This document shows, piece after piece, positions 8,897 to 16,859 of a stretch of DNA of 64,000 bases. Made by a program: the position numbers and the translations under genes. Under the pieces are notes generated by a model that had not been told where the DNA came from, did not search any database, and saw only the letters and a list, made by a program, of their open reading frames with translations. Origin of the DNA: Comamonadaceae bacterium (GTDB taxonomy: Bacteria; Pseudomonadota; Gammaproteobacteria; Burkholderiales; Burkholderiaceae_C); NCBI GenBank assembly GCA_947380945.1, contig CANCTD010000001.1, positions 849-64,848 on the forward strand. The letters are read 5' to 3'. Each line of letters starts with the position of its first letter. Position 1 is the first letter of the stretch.

Positions 8897-10182
8897 AACT
8901 CCACCTCGATTACCTCATTCCTATCCGGGCCAACCGTCGAAGATTCCGAAAATTCCACTTTTTTAGATGGGAAATCTTCGGAACCTTCGGGCGATTGGGA
9001 ATCTTCGCAGGGTAATGCCATGTCAGTCCCGCCTGGTAAACGCCAATACCAACCACCGCGCATACCGTCTTTTTTTCGAGCGATGTTGAGCTTCTTGGAT
9101 GCAGTCCAAATTTGCTTCTTGGTAAACCCGGCATCTTTCAGCGGCTGGGTGGCCAGCTTCTCGGAAGTCCAACAATCTACCGTCAGCTCGGCCTGGAGCA
9201 AACTCACAGCATTAGCGTGGTCGGCGCCGTCCTGGCCCTGCACCGGGTCGGTCAGAAGGTCTTGGGCGGAGCCCTCTACCGCTTGGCCCCATTCGATACG
9301 GCTGGCATCAATACCGGGCAGCGCATTCACTTGGGCCAAGTGGTATTCAAACCCGCCGTTGTCTGGCCCGATGTTGGACTTGCCGCGCGCCAAAATGCGT
9401 TTATCGGTGCCGTCCTCACTTTTGACTCGCGCTGCCACCAGCACCACACGTGCAACAGCGGTGAACGCGATGCTTCCAATGACCCGCTGCGCCGGGTCAG
9501 AGCCCTGACCCCCTTTAGACAGATGGGTAATGCCCAACAACGCCGCGTTGATCTGTGTGGCTAAGTCAACCAAGGGTTGCAGGCCACGGCGTACCTCGGT
9601 GTTCTTGTGGCTGTCACCGGCCACAGCGGTCGATACCGGGTCGATCACGATCATGCGCACACTACCGATTTGCTCGATAGCTTCTTTCAAAGTGCGCGTG
9701 TCGATGGACGGGTCAAACGGTCTGATCCCCTTACCCGTGCGCATGCCGTTGACAAAGTGGACACGGCTACGGTCTGCACCGGCGGCGATCAGGCGTGGCA
9801 GCAGGGTGTCGGTGTAGTCATCCTCACCACTCCAGATTAGTACCTGGCCCGCCTCGCAACTGGTCCCGTCCGGCCAGCGCCCGCCGATGGTGACGGTGGC
9901 CGCCAGGCCCATGGCGATGGTGGTTTTTCCCTGCCCCGGTGCACCCGCTAACAGGTGGAACTTGCCCAGCGCCAGCCAGTCGGACCAGAGCCATTGCACG
10001 GGCTCTGGCGTAAGGTCTGCACCGCAAGTCAGCACCACAGTGCCCTTGGAAAGTGATTCAGTACCAACTTGGCCGCTGCCCTTAGAAGATCGCTTGTTAG
10101 CAGCTATTGAATTTCCAGGGAAGGCGAAGGCTACGTCGTCATCAAGACTGGTAGCCATGTGTTCATACTCTCGTGAATTCAT
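8893..10182 (-). CDS. AAA/RecA-family RepA-type replicative helicase
   Basis: VQWLW, Walker A GAPGQGKTT, SGEDD, Walker B MIVIDP, ITHLSK, GSIAFTAVAR, KSNIGP. Confidence 0.85.
   Translation of the reverse strand: MNSREYEHMATSLDDDVAFAFPGNSIAANKRSSKGSGQVGTESLSKGTVVLTCGADLTPEPVQWLWSDWLALGKFHLLAGAPGQGKTTIAMGLAATVTIGGRWPDGTSCEAGQVLIWSGEDDYTDTLLPRLIAAGADRSRVHFVNGMRTGKGIRPFDPSIDTRTLKEAIEQIGSVRMIVIDPVSTAVAGDSHKNTEVRRGLQPLVDLATQINAALLGITHLSKGGQGSDPAQRVIGSIAFTAVARVVLVAARVKSEDGTDKRILARGKSNIGPDNGGFEYHLAQVNALPGIDASRIEWGQAVEGSAQDLLTDPVQGQDGADHANAVSLLQAELTVDCWTSEKLATQPLKDAGFTKKQIWTASKKLNIARKKDGMRGGWYWRLPGGTDMALPCEDSQSPEGSEDFPSKKVEFSESSTVGPDRNEVIEVEL
8938..9007. repeat. Five 10-bp iteron-like repeats (consensus CGAAGATTCC) in opposite orientations around an AT-rich spacer; candidate replication origin
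   Basis: Forward copies 8938-8947 and 8947-8956; reverse copies 8971-8980, 8980-8989 and 8998-9007; spacer ACTTTTTTAGATGG. Confidence 0.65.
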
Positions 10183-10643
10183 GCGAAGGCCTCCACCAGT
10201 CGGTTGATGCGATTGACTGCCACCATCAGACGTGCCCGGTCTGTATCGGTCAGCACCAGACCGCTCGCCACATTGCCCGCAGCGACAGCCGCCAGCGTAG
10301 ATTCAAACGCCATCACCGACAGGGCCAGGCGCGGGCTCAGTGGCGTGGGTTTGGTTTGTACCTGCGGGCGGTCATCCTCCACCCAGCAGCCCAATGCTTT
10401 CGCAGCTTCGACAAACTCGCGACCACCGACCCTGATCTCATAGGCCAGCACATCGCCGCCTTTCGCCCCGCAGCTCATGCACACCCATGCGCCGGTGGCG
10501 ACGTTGACACGCATGGAGTCCGAGCCGCCGTGAAAGTTGCAGGTGGTGGTTCTCCACTTGGCAGAGCGTGGGCCTTTTAGCTGCAAGCCCTGATTTTCAA
10601 AATAAGTCGTTGCATCGGGTATTCGGGTGCGGTCAAAGCTCAT
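10179..10643 (-). CDS. Stand-alone CHC2 (DnaG-type) zinc-finger protein
   Basis: CNFH..SMRVN..WVCMSCGAKGGDVL..FVEAAKALG; ATG at 10643 overlaps the end of alpA; no TOPRIM domain. Confidence 0.82.
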   Translation of the reverse strand: MSFDRTRIPDATTYFENQGLQLKGPRSAKWRTTTCNFHGGSDSMRVNVATGAWVCMSCGAKGGDVLAYEIRVGGREFVEAAKALGCWVEDDRPQVQTKPTPLSPRLALSVMAFESTLAAVAAGNVASGLVLTDTDRARLMVAVNRINRLVEAFA

Positions 10644-10893
10644 AACGCACCGCCGATCCCAGGTCAGCGCGCTTGGCATGTAAAGCCCTTACCAGTTCGC
10701 GTATCTGCTCGTCGGACTTGCCAGCGATACGCGCCGTGATGATTGCGTCTACTTCGTAATCAGGCCACCCTCTTGCACGCTGCCCAATTGCTACGCCGGT
10801 TGTGAAAAGCCCGTCCCGTATTGCGTTGTAGATGCTGGCGTCCGAACGGTGTCCAGCCCGGCATTTGACGGCTGGCATTCTGAGAATCTGCAT
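10633..10893 (-). CDS. alpA: AlpA family regulator / excisionase
   Basis: ILRMPAVK..SDASIYNAIRDGLFTTGVAIGQRARGWPDYEVDAI, typical AlpA signature and position. Confidence 0.88.
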   Translation of the reverse strand: MQILRMPAVKCRAGHRSDASIYNAIRDGLFTTGVAIGQRARGWPDYEVDAIITARIAGKSDEQIRELVRALHAKRADLGSAVRYEL

Positions 10894-10979
10894 ACCTGTA
10901 TCCCCCTATCCCGCCTTGGCGGTTGTTGCGATAGAGGAATTGTCAGAATCGGTAAAGCATCCGTCACTGACGATAAGTA

Positions 10980-11804
10980 TCAGATCTTTTTTGTCAGTGG
11001 CCGACTACCGGCCGCTAGCTCTTGCGTCAACTCATCCAAATGCTCCACATAGTCATCTAAGCTCAACTTCGGCACCGGAACACGAGGTTCATACATTGAT
11101 CTGTAGAACTCCCATGCTCCAGGCTCACTGCCCGTCTTCCGCATAATCTGATTCCATTGTCGATTTCTCAATCGATCTTCAACTGTTTCTCCAACGATCT
11201 TTTTGTGCGGTGCGATTAACCGCATGATGTGGCGTTCGCTTTTGTGGAACTCTTTACTAAGCAGCTCGACGGCCTCCGGATACCCGATGCCGGAATCCAT
11301 CATTTCCCAGTATCGTTCGGCAGCATTGCGCCCCACTGAATCCAGTTCCTTCCGCTTTGGACGACCCAACTTTTCCATTGGCAATGCGCCGAACATCACT
11401 GCCTTAGCTACTATCAAATTGATCAAATTTTGAAACTTTGGATCGATTGCATCACCCCACACAACCAATCCTGCAAAGTGGCTTAGGGCCTCAAGCTCTG
11501 CACCGTTCTCTTGCGTCGCAACGCGCTGAATCAGCTTTTTTTCTTGGCTTTCGATCGTCACCGTTATTTTTTTTCGTCGCGTTTTTCCCTGATGCAAATT
11601 CCGAAGGTACTTGTGTAATTTTTGTTTGTCTGCAAGTGTCAGGCTGTCCAGGGCACTCGCCTTCGGCACTCCGGCATCCCGCAATTGTGTCAATAGCGAC
11701 TCCGGACTTTCCCCTAACTCCAGAGCAAAGTCGGCGACAGACTGCAGCTCGCGATCCGCTTCGATCTGCCGCAACCGTTGCTGATATTCGGTTATTTTTG
11801 ACAT
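10980..11804 (-). CDS. Putative island regulator: IF2 N-terminal-like domain fused to a GRPK + HTH-like C-terminal region
   Basis: ATG 11804 with AGGGGG SD; residues ~22-83 follow the betaproteobacterial IF2 N-terminus pattern; GRPKRK..YPEAVELLSKEFHKSERHIMRLI is HTH-like; lies between int and alpA. Confidence 0.75.
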   Translation of the reverse strand: MSKITEYQQRLRQIEADRELQSVADFALELGESPESLLTQLRDAGVPKASALDSLTLADKQKLHKYLRNLHQGKTRRKKITVTIESQEKKLIQRVATQENGAELEALSHFAGLVVWGDAIDPKFQNLINLIVAKAVMFGALPMEKLGRPKRKELDSVGRNAAERYWEMMDSGIGYPEAVELLSKEFHKSERHIMRLIAPHKKIVGETVEDRLRNRQWNQIMRKTGSEPGAWEFYRSMYEPRVPVPKLSLDDYVEHLDELTQELAAGSRPLTKKI

Positions 11805-11908
11805 GCGCCCCCTGCTACACCCCGATAAGGACCAGCGCCGCCAGATCCGGGTGTTCCGGTTTTCACCACGAGAAATTTGTCCGTGGCTAGGTGTGGTCAA
11901 AAACCGTT

Positions 11909-13147
11909 CTAAGCCGCCTTCATCTGAATCACATCCGCCCCCTGCGCCAGCTTGTCCAGGTAGTCAGCCCAGGCCTGCATCATGGTCGTGCGCTGTTTTA
12001 AGTATTGGGTTCGGTTGTAGGCGCGGCCGTTGGCGTCCTTCACCGCGTGGGCTAGCTGTGCCTCAATCACCAGCGGGTCGATATTCAATTCCTCTGCCAG
12101 TAGCGTGCGCGCCGTGGCTCTAAACCCATGCACGCTCTGTGCATCCGGGCCATAGCCCAAAGTCAGCAGCGCCGCGCGCAGCGTGTTGTCACTGATTGGT
12201 CTGGCGTGGCTGCGCTCACCGCGAAAGCACAGCGCGCCGTTGCCGGTGATGGGGTGTAACTCCCGCAGAATATTCACCGCCTGCCTAGGCAGTGGCACCA
12301 GGTGCGGGTCGCCGTTGCGCTTGCCGTCTACGCTGCGTTTCATGCGCGCCGCCGGGATAGTCCACAGTGCCGCGTCCAGGTCAAACTCTGCCCAGGCCGC
12401 CGCCCGCAGCTCGCCGGGCCGCTGAAACAGCATGGGTGCAAGTTGCAGCGCCGCGCGCACAATCGGCCCGCCCTGATAGCCCCGAATCACCCGCACCAGC
12501 GCGCCCAGCTTGGCCGGGTCGGTAATGGCTGCAAAGTGCTTGCCGTGGTGGGGCTTGAGTGCGCCGCGAATATCGGCGCTCACATCGCGTGGCGTGCGCC
12601 CGGTGGCTACCCCATAGCGCCATACCTGCCCGGCGGTTGTAAGTACCCTGTGCGCCACGTCAAGGGCTCCGCGTTCCTCTACCCTGCGCACCACGGCCAA
12701 CAGCTCTATGGCCTCTATGGTGGCAATGTCACGGCTGCCCAAAAAAGGGAACAGGTCTTTTTCTAGGTTGCGCTTCTCGCGGATAGCGTAGTGGCCGCTC
12801 CAGCTCTCACGCTTGAGGTCGAACCATTCCAGCGCGGTCGCCTGAAAAGTGTTCCCCGCCGGGGTCAGCTTCTTTAGCTTTGCGACCTTGCGTGCCAGCA
12901 CGGGGTCGATGCCTTCGGACTTTTGCGCTTTGGCAGCATCGCGCGCCTTGCGAACAGCCTTCAGGGTGACCTCTGGGTAGCTGCCGAGCGCCAGCCGCCC
13001 CTCTTTACCGTCCGAGTAGGTTTTCCAGAACCAGCGCTTCGACCCAGCGGGGCTTACCTCAAGGTACAGGCCGTTTGAATCGGTTAATCGAGCCCGCTGC
13101 TTATCCGGTGGACAGCTAGCGTTCTTGCAATCGGCATCGGTCAACAT
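11909..13147 (-). CDS. P4/CP4-like tyrosine integrase with N-terminal arm-binding domain
   Basis: MLTD..DSNGLYLEVSPAGSKRW..LGSYPEVTL arm domain; catalytic RPGELR, HGFRATART, QLAH, AYNR; GGAGA SD before ATG 13147. Confidence 0.95.
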   Translation of the reverse strand: MLTDADCKNASCPPDKQRARLTDSNGLYLEVSPAGSKRWFWKTYSDGKEGRLALGSYPEVTLKAVRKARDAAKAQKSEGIDPVLARKVAKLKKLTPAGNTFQATALEWFDLKRESWSGHYAIREKRNLEKDLFPFLGSRDIATIEAIELLAVVRRVEERGALDVAHRVLTTAGQVWRYGVATGRTPRDVSADIRGALKPHHGKHFAAITDPAKLGALVRVIRGYQGGPIVRAALQLAPMLFQRPGELRAAAWAEFDLDAALWTIPAARMKRSVDGKRNGDPHLVPLPRQAVNILRELHPITGNGALCFRGERSHARPISDNTLRAALLTLGYGPDAQSVHGFRATARTLLAEELNIDPLVIEAQLAHAVKDANGRAYNRTQYLKQRTTMMQAWADYLDKLAQGADVIQMKAA

Positions 13148-13162
13148 GGGGTTCTCCAGTGA

Positions 13163-13229
13163 AAACCGGGGAACAATCTCCAAAAAATCCCGTTTACCCC
13201 GGTTTGTTCCCCGGTATGTTCCCCGGTTT
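13163..13229. repeat. Arm-type repeats: one inverted and three tandem copies of the GTTCCCCGGTTT-like 12-mer upstream of int
   Basis: AAACCGGGGAAC 13163-13174; TTACCCCGGTTT, GTTCCCCGGTAT, GTTCCCCGGTTT 13194-13229. Confidence 0.8.
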
Positions 13230-13271
13230 GACCTTAGTTGTCAATAGTTATTGTTATTGGTCACTAGAGGC

Positions 13272-13284
13272 TAAGCGCTTGATT
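13272..13284. promoter_or_regulatory. IHF binding site between arm sites and att core
   Basis: TAAGCGCTTGATT matches the YAANNNNTTGATW consensus; a 1-mismatch counterpart TAAGCCTTTGAAA is at 1944-1956. Confidence 0.6.
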
Positions 13285-13292
13285 TACCAATG

Positions 13293-13328
13293 AAAAAGGC
13301 CTCTGAGTATCGCTACTTAGAGGCCTTT
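13293..13328 (-). terminator. Island-supplied terminator downstream of tRNA-Pro
   Basis: AAAGGCCTCT..AGAGGCCTTT stem with U-tract on the minus strand. Confidence 0.75.
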
Positions 13329-13339
13329 AGAGTTCCTAC

Positions 13340-13416
13340 TGGTCGGTGTGAAAGGATTCGAACCTTCGACCCCTTGCACCCCATGCAAGTGCGCTACCAG
13401 GCTGCGCCACACACCG
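13340..13416 (-). tRNA. tRNA-Pro(GGG)
   Basis: 77 nt CGGTGTG..CACACCG-ACCA; anticodon arm CTTGC-ATGGGGT-GCAAG; T-loop GGTTCGAATCC. Confidence 0.97.
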
Positions 13417-13487
13417 AAGCCGCAGATTATAGCCCTGAGGGGTCCTTCAAACTACCGGTACTTCCCGCGGAATCACGCAGATAGCGG

Positions 13488-13931
13488 CTAGTCGACTTCA
13501 GCCAACAAATCCCGGATTTGCAGCAGCTCATGCCGGGCTTCTGCCGAGAGAAAAACGCCAAGGGTGTCGATTCCCTGGGACACAGCCGAGGGCCCTTGCG
13601 CGTACGCCAAGTCACTGGCTTCGCCAGGCAACGCACCGTCCAGCGCGGGCGACTCTTTGAGCTGCCGCTCTTCGGCCACCATTTCGATCATTTTGTTGCG
13701 CGCGCCGCTGATCGTAAAACCCTGCTCGTACAAAAGTCCCCGGATGCGGCGGATCATCAGCACTTCGTGGTGCTGGTAGTAGCGGCGGTTGCCGCGCCGT
13801 TTCATGGGCCGCAGCTGGGTGAACTCCTGCTCCCAGTAACGCAAGACATGGGGTTTGACACAGCACAGCTCCCCCACTTCACCAATGGTGAAATAGCGCT
13901 TGGCAGGAATGGGGGGCAGACTGTTTTCCAT
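13488..13931 (-). CDS. MerR family transcriptional regulator (conserved ihfA-linked)
   Basis: IPAKRYFTIGEVGELCCVKPHVLRYWEQEF; canonical position after ihfA. Confidence 0.9.
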   Translation of the reverse strand: MENSLPPIPAKRYFTIGEVGELCCVKPHVLRYWEQEFTQLRPMKRRGNRRYYQHHEVLMIRRIRGLLYEQGFTISGARNKMIEMVAEERQLKESPALDGALPGEASDLAYAQGPSAVSQGIDTLGVFLSAEARHELLQIRDLLAEVD

Positions 13932-14024
13932 GGAAATCAAGGTCTTTGGATCTATATCTCAGAATTTACTGGAACGGGGGCGCGAGGTTACCCGAAGTTC
14001 GGGCAGGGCGGAAGACTTATTTTC

Positions 14025-14375
14025 TCAAGTCCCCGATGGGAGTGCGCGCGCAGGTTCGTCCTGGATCTGGTCTTTGAGTTTGTGGCTGGCGTGGAAGGTC
14101 ACAACCCGCCTCGCCGCGATCGCGATCGCTTCTCCGGTGCGCGGATTGCGCCCCGGTCGCGGCTTCTTGGTACGGATCTGAAAATTCCCGAAGCCGGTGA
14201 TCTTCACATCGGTTCCGGCCACCAACTGCTGCACCATCAGTTCAAAAAACGCATCGACCATGTCCTTGGCCTCGCGCTTGTTCAAGCCAATGTTTTCGTA
14301 CAAAAGCTCGGCCAAATGCGCCTTGGTCAGGGCCGGGGATTCAAGGCTGTTGACAGAGATTTCCATGGCGGGCAA
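14025..14375 (-). CDS. ihfA: Integration host factor subunit alpha
   Basis: LTKAHLAE..GFGNFQIRTKKPRPGRNPRTGE; follows pheT. Confidence 0.95.
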   Translation of the reverse strand: MPAMEISVNSLESPALTKAHLAELLYENIGLNKREAKDMVDAFFELMVQQLVAGTDVKITGFGNFQIRTKKPRPGRNPRTGEAIAIAARRVVTFHASHKLKDQIQDEPARALPSGT

Positions 14376-14402
14376 TGCAGGTGCGGATGTGGAATGTAGC
14401 GC

Positions 14403-16835
14403 TCAGGTACGGGGGTGCGCACCTAGGGTTTGCGCTAGGTGGTCCCATACCGCCTGCATGGTGGCGTCGATTTCAGCGTCTGTGAGTGTCGCCACCCGCG
14501 AGGCCAGCGTGAGGCGCAGGGCCAGACTGCGAACCTTGTCATCCGCCTGGGGGCTCTTGGGGCGGTACACGTCAAATAGCTGGGCGTCCTGCAAGAGCCC
14601 GCCGTGCGGTGCCTGGTGAATGGCTGCGATCAATGCCGCATGGGTGCAGCTGTGCGGCACCAATAAGGCGATATCGCGCTGCACCGCCGGGAATTTCGGA
14701 ATCGGTTCGAAAGCCGGCATGCGCCGCTCCAGCAGCGCAGCCAGATCCAGCTCAAACAAGACCGGCGCGGCGGTGAGCCCCCAGCTCTGGCGCCACTGCG
14801 GATGCAACTCGCCGACCACGCCCACAACACGACCGGCCAAGACCACCGAGGCACTGCGCCCCGGATGCAAAGCAGGATGGTGCGTGTCCGCGCTGGCCGG
14901 GACAAACTCCAGGACCTGGGGCGCAAACAAGGCTTCGACGTCGCCTTTGACATCGAAGAAATCCACCGCCGCGTCGCTGCGTCCCCATTGCAAGGTATCG
15001 GCACTGCCCATGGCAAGGCCGCCCAGGCGCATGGGCTGGTCGAACTGCGCCACTGTGGTGTCACTGTCGACCACCGAAGCGTCACGCAAGAACACCCGGC
15101 CCAGCTCAAACACCCGAACCCGGGACAGTTTGCGCGCCTGGTTGAATTGCGCCACCTGAACGAGCGAACCCATCAGTGAGGAGCGCATCACGCCCATCTG
15201 GCTGGCGATCGGGTTGAGCAGCTTGATGGGGTCCGGGTTGCCGGCGAGCTCATGCTCCCAGCGCGCGTCCACAAAGCTGAAGTTGATGGTCTCCTGGTAA
15301 CCCAGCGCGGCAACCGCGCGGCGCAAGGCGAACGGGCTGCGCTGGGTCTCCGCGCGCAGCTTGGCAGTGACCGGCGCTTGGGGCGGCGTGTGGGGGAGAT
15401 GCTCGAATCCGATGATGCGGGCGACTTCTTCGATCAGGTCTTCTTCGATCTGCAAATCAAAGCGGTAAGACGGCGGCTGCACCGTGATGACTCCGTCTTG
15501 CTCGTGCGGCTGCAGACCCAGCCGGTCCAGCGCCTGCACGCATTGCGCAGCACTCAGCGGCATGCCAATCACCTTGGCAGCACGCGCCACCCGCAATGGC
15601 ACAGGACGCGCCTGCGGCATGGCTACTTGCTGGTCATCGATGGGGCCGAAGCAGGTCGCGGATGTACCGCAAATCTCGGCGATCAGCTGGCTGATGCGCT
15701 CAATGTGGGCCACGGTTAAAGCCGGATCGACGCCACGCTCAAAGCGATGGCCCGCGTCGGTCGAAAAGTTAAAGCGGCGCGAACGTCCAGCCACTGCCGT
15801 AGGCCACCAAAAAGCGGCCTCTACGTAAATATGGCGGGTGGCATCGCCCACCGCGGTTGCCTCCCCACCCATGATGCCGGCCAGCGATTCGACCTGCAGT
15901 TCGTCGGCAATCACGCCCACCTGCTCATCGAGCGCGACGGTGTTGCCGTTGAGCAGCGTGAGCTGCTCGCCGGGACGGGCCCAGCGCACCTGCAAACCGC
16001 CGTGGATTTTTTCCAAATCAAAAATATGGGTGGGGCGACCCAGCTCGAACATCACGTAGTTGGAGATGTCCACCAAGGCGCTGACACTGCGCTGCCCGCA
16101 GCGCGCCAGCCGGTCGACCATCCATGCCGGCGTTTGGGCCTGCGGGTTGACGTGGCGCACGATGCGACCGGAAAAGCGACCGCACAAATCTATGGCGGCA
16201 ATTTTTACCGGCAGAATTTCCGACATACCCGCCTGGACCGGCGCGATGGCCGGAACTTTCAGCGGCACTCCGGTTAGCGCAGCGACTTCGCGCGCCACTC
16301 CCAGCACGCTCAGGCAATGCGCCAGATTGGGCGTGAGCTTGAGCGTAAACAAGGTGTCGTCCAACTGCAAGTGCGCGCGGATGTCCTGCCCAAGGGGTGC
16401 GTCGGCAGACAGTTCCAATAAACCGTCGCTGGCATCACTCACCCGCAACTCGCTGGCCGAGCACAACATGCCCTGACTTTCCACGCCCCGCAACTGGCCC
16501 AGCTTGATCCGCAAAGGCTTGCCATCTGATCCGGGGGGCAGCTCGGCGCCGACCGTCGCGCAGGGCACCCGTATGCCCACACGCGCATTGGGCGCGCCAC
16601 ACACAATATTGAGGAGCGCAGCCGCACCGACATCTACCTTGCACACGCGCAAGCGGTCCGCGTTGGGGTGCTGCGCGACCGCCTTGATTTCGCCCACGAC
16701 GACCCCGCTGAAGGGCGGCGCTACCGCTTGGAGTTCCTCGACCTCCAACCCGGCCATGGTCAGTGTGTCAGCCAGTTGCTGGGTGCTCAGCGCAGGATCG
16801 CAAAAGGTGCGCAGCCAGGATTCAGGGAATTGCAT
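14403..16835 (-). CDS. pheT: Phenylalanine-tRNA ligase beta subunit
   Basis: MQFPESWLR, HPNADRLRVC, RFERGVD, FPAVQRDIA; 810 aa. Confidence 0.97.
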   Translation of the reverse strand: MQFPESWLRTFCDPALSTQQLADTLTMAGLEVEELQAVAPPFSGVVVGEIKAVAQHPNADRLRVCKVDVGAAALLNIVCGAPNARVGIRVPCATVGAELPPGSDGKPLRIKLGQLRGVESQGMLCSASELRVSDASDGLLELSADAPLGQDIRAHLQLDDTLFTLKLTPNLAHCLSVLGVAREVAALTGVPLKVPAIAPVQAGMSEILPVKIAAIDLCGRFSGRIVRHVNPQAQTPAWMVDRLARCGQRSVSALVDISNYVMFELGRPTHIFDLEKIHGGLQVRWARPGEQLTLLNGNTVALDEQVGVIADELQVESLAGIMGGEATAVGDATRHIYVEAAFWWPTAVAGRSRRFNFSTDAGHRFERGVDPALTVAHIERISQLIAEICGTSATCFGPIDDQQVAMPQARPVPLRVARAAKVIGMPLSAAQCVQALDRLGLQPHEQDGVITVQPPSYRFDLQIEEDLIEEVARIIGFEHLPHTPPQAPVTAKLRAETQRSPFALRRAVAALGYQETINFSFVDARWEHELAGNPDPIKLLNPIASQMGVMRSSLMGSLVQVAQFNQARKLSRVRVFELGRVFLRDASVVDSDTTVAQFDQPMRLGGLAMGSADTLQWGRSDAAVDFFDVKGDVEALFAPQVLEFVPASADTHHPALHPGRSASVVLAGRVVGVVGELHPQWRQSWGLTAAPVLFELDLAALLERRMPAFEPIPKFPAVQRDIALLVPHSCTHAALIAAIHQAPHGGLLQDAQLFDVYRPKSPQADDKVRSLALRLTLASRVATLTDAEIDATMQAVWDHLAQTLGAHPRT

Positions 16836-16859
16836 GGTGGGGAAATATGAAGCGCGGCC

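Larger units (their letters stand above)
1913..13353. mobile_element. Integrated capsid-less phage-satellite-like (PICI/P4-like) island in tRNA-Pro(GGG), ~11.4 kb
   Basis: Flanking repeat TGGTCG(G)TGTGAAA at 1913-1925 and 13340-13353; tyrosine integrase beside the tRNA; alpA, CHC2 and helicase genes; arm repeats at both ends; visibly more AT-rich than the flanks. Confidence 0.9.

Noticed and set aside
11536-11574. A7 and A8 runs in the IF2-N fusion gene as phase-variation tracts
   Set aside because: Short, and explained by Lys-Lys codons (RKKI, EKKL) in AT-richer DNA; not enough evidence for recoding.
13163-13229. Tandem GTTCCCCGG repeats superficially resembling the start of a type I-E CRISPR repeat
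   Set aside because: Only 12 bp, no spacers and no cas genes. They recur at both island ends, as expected for integrase arm sites.
1913-13353. Calling the island a prophage, ICE or IME
   Set aside because: No structural phage genes, conjugation genes or recognisable relaxase.
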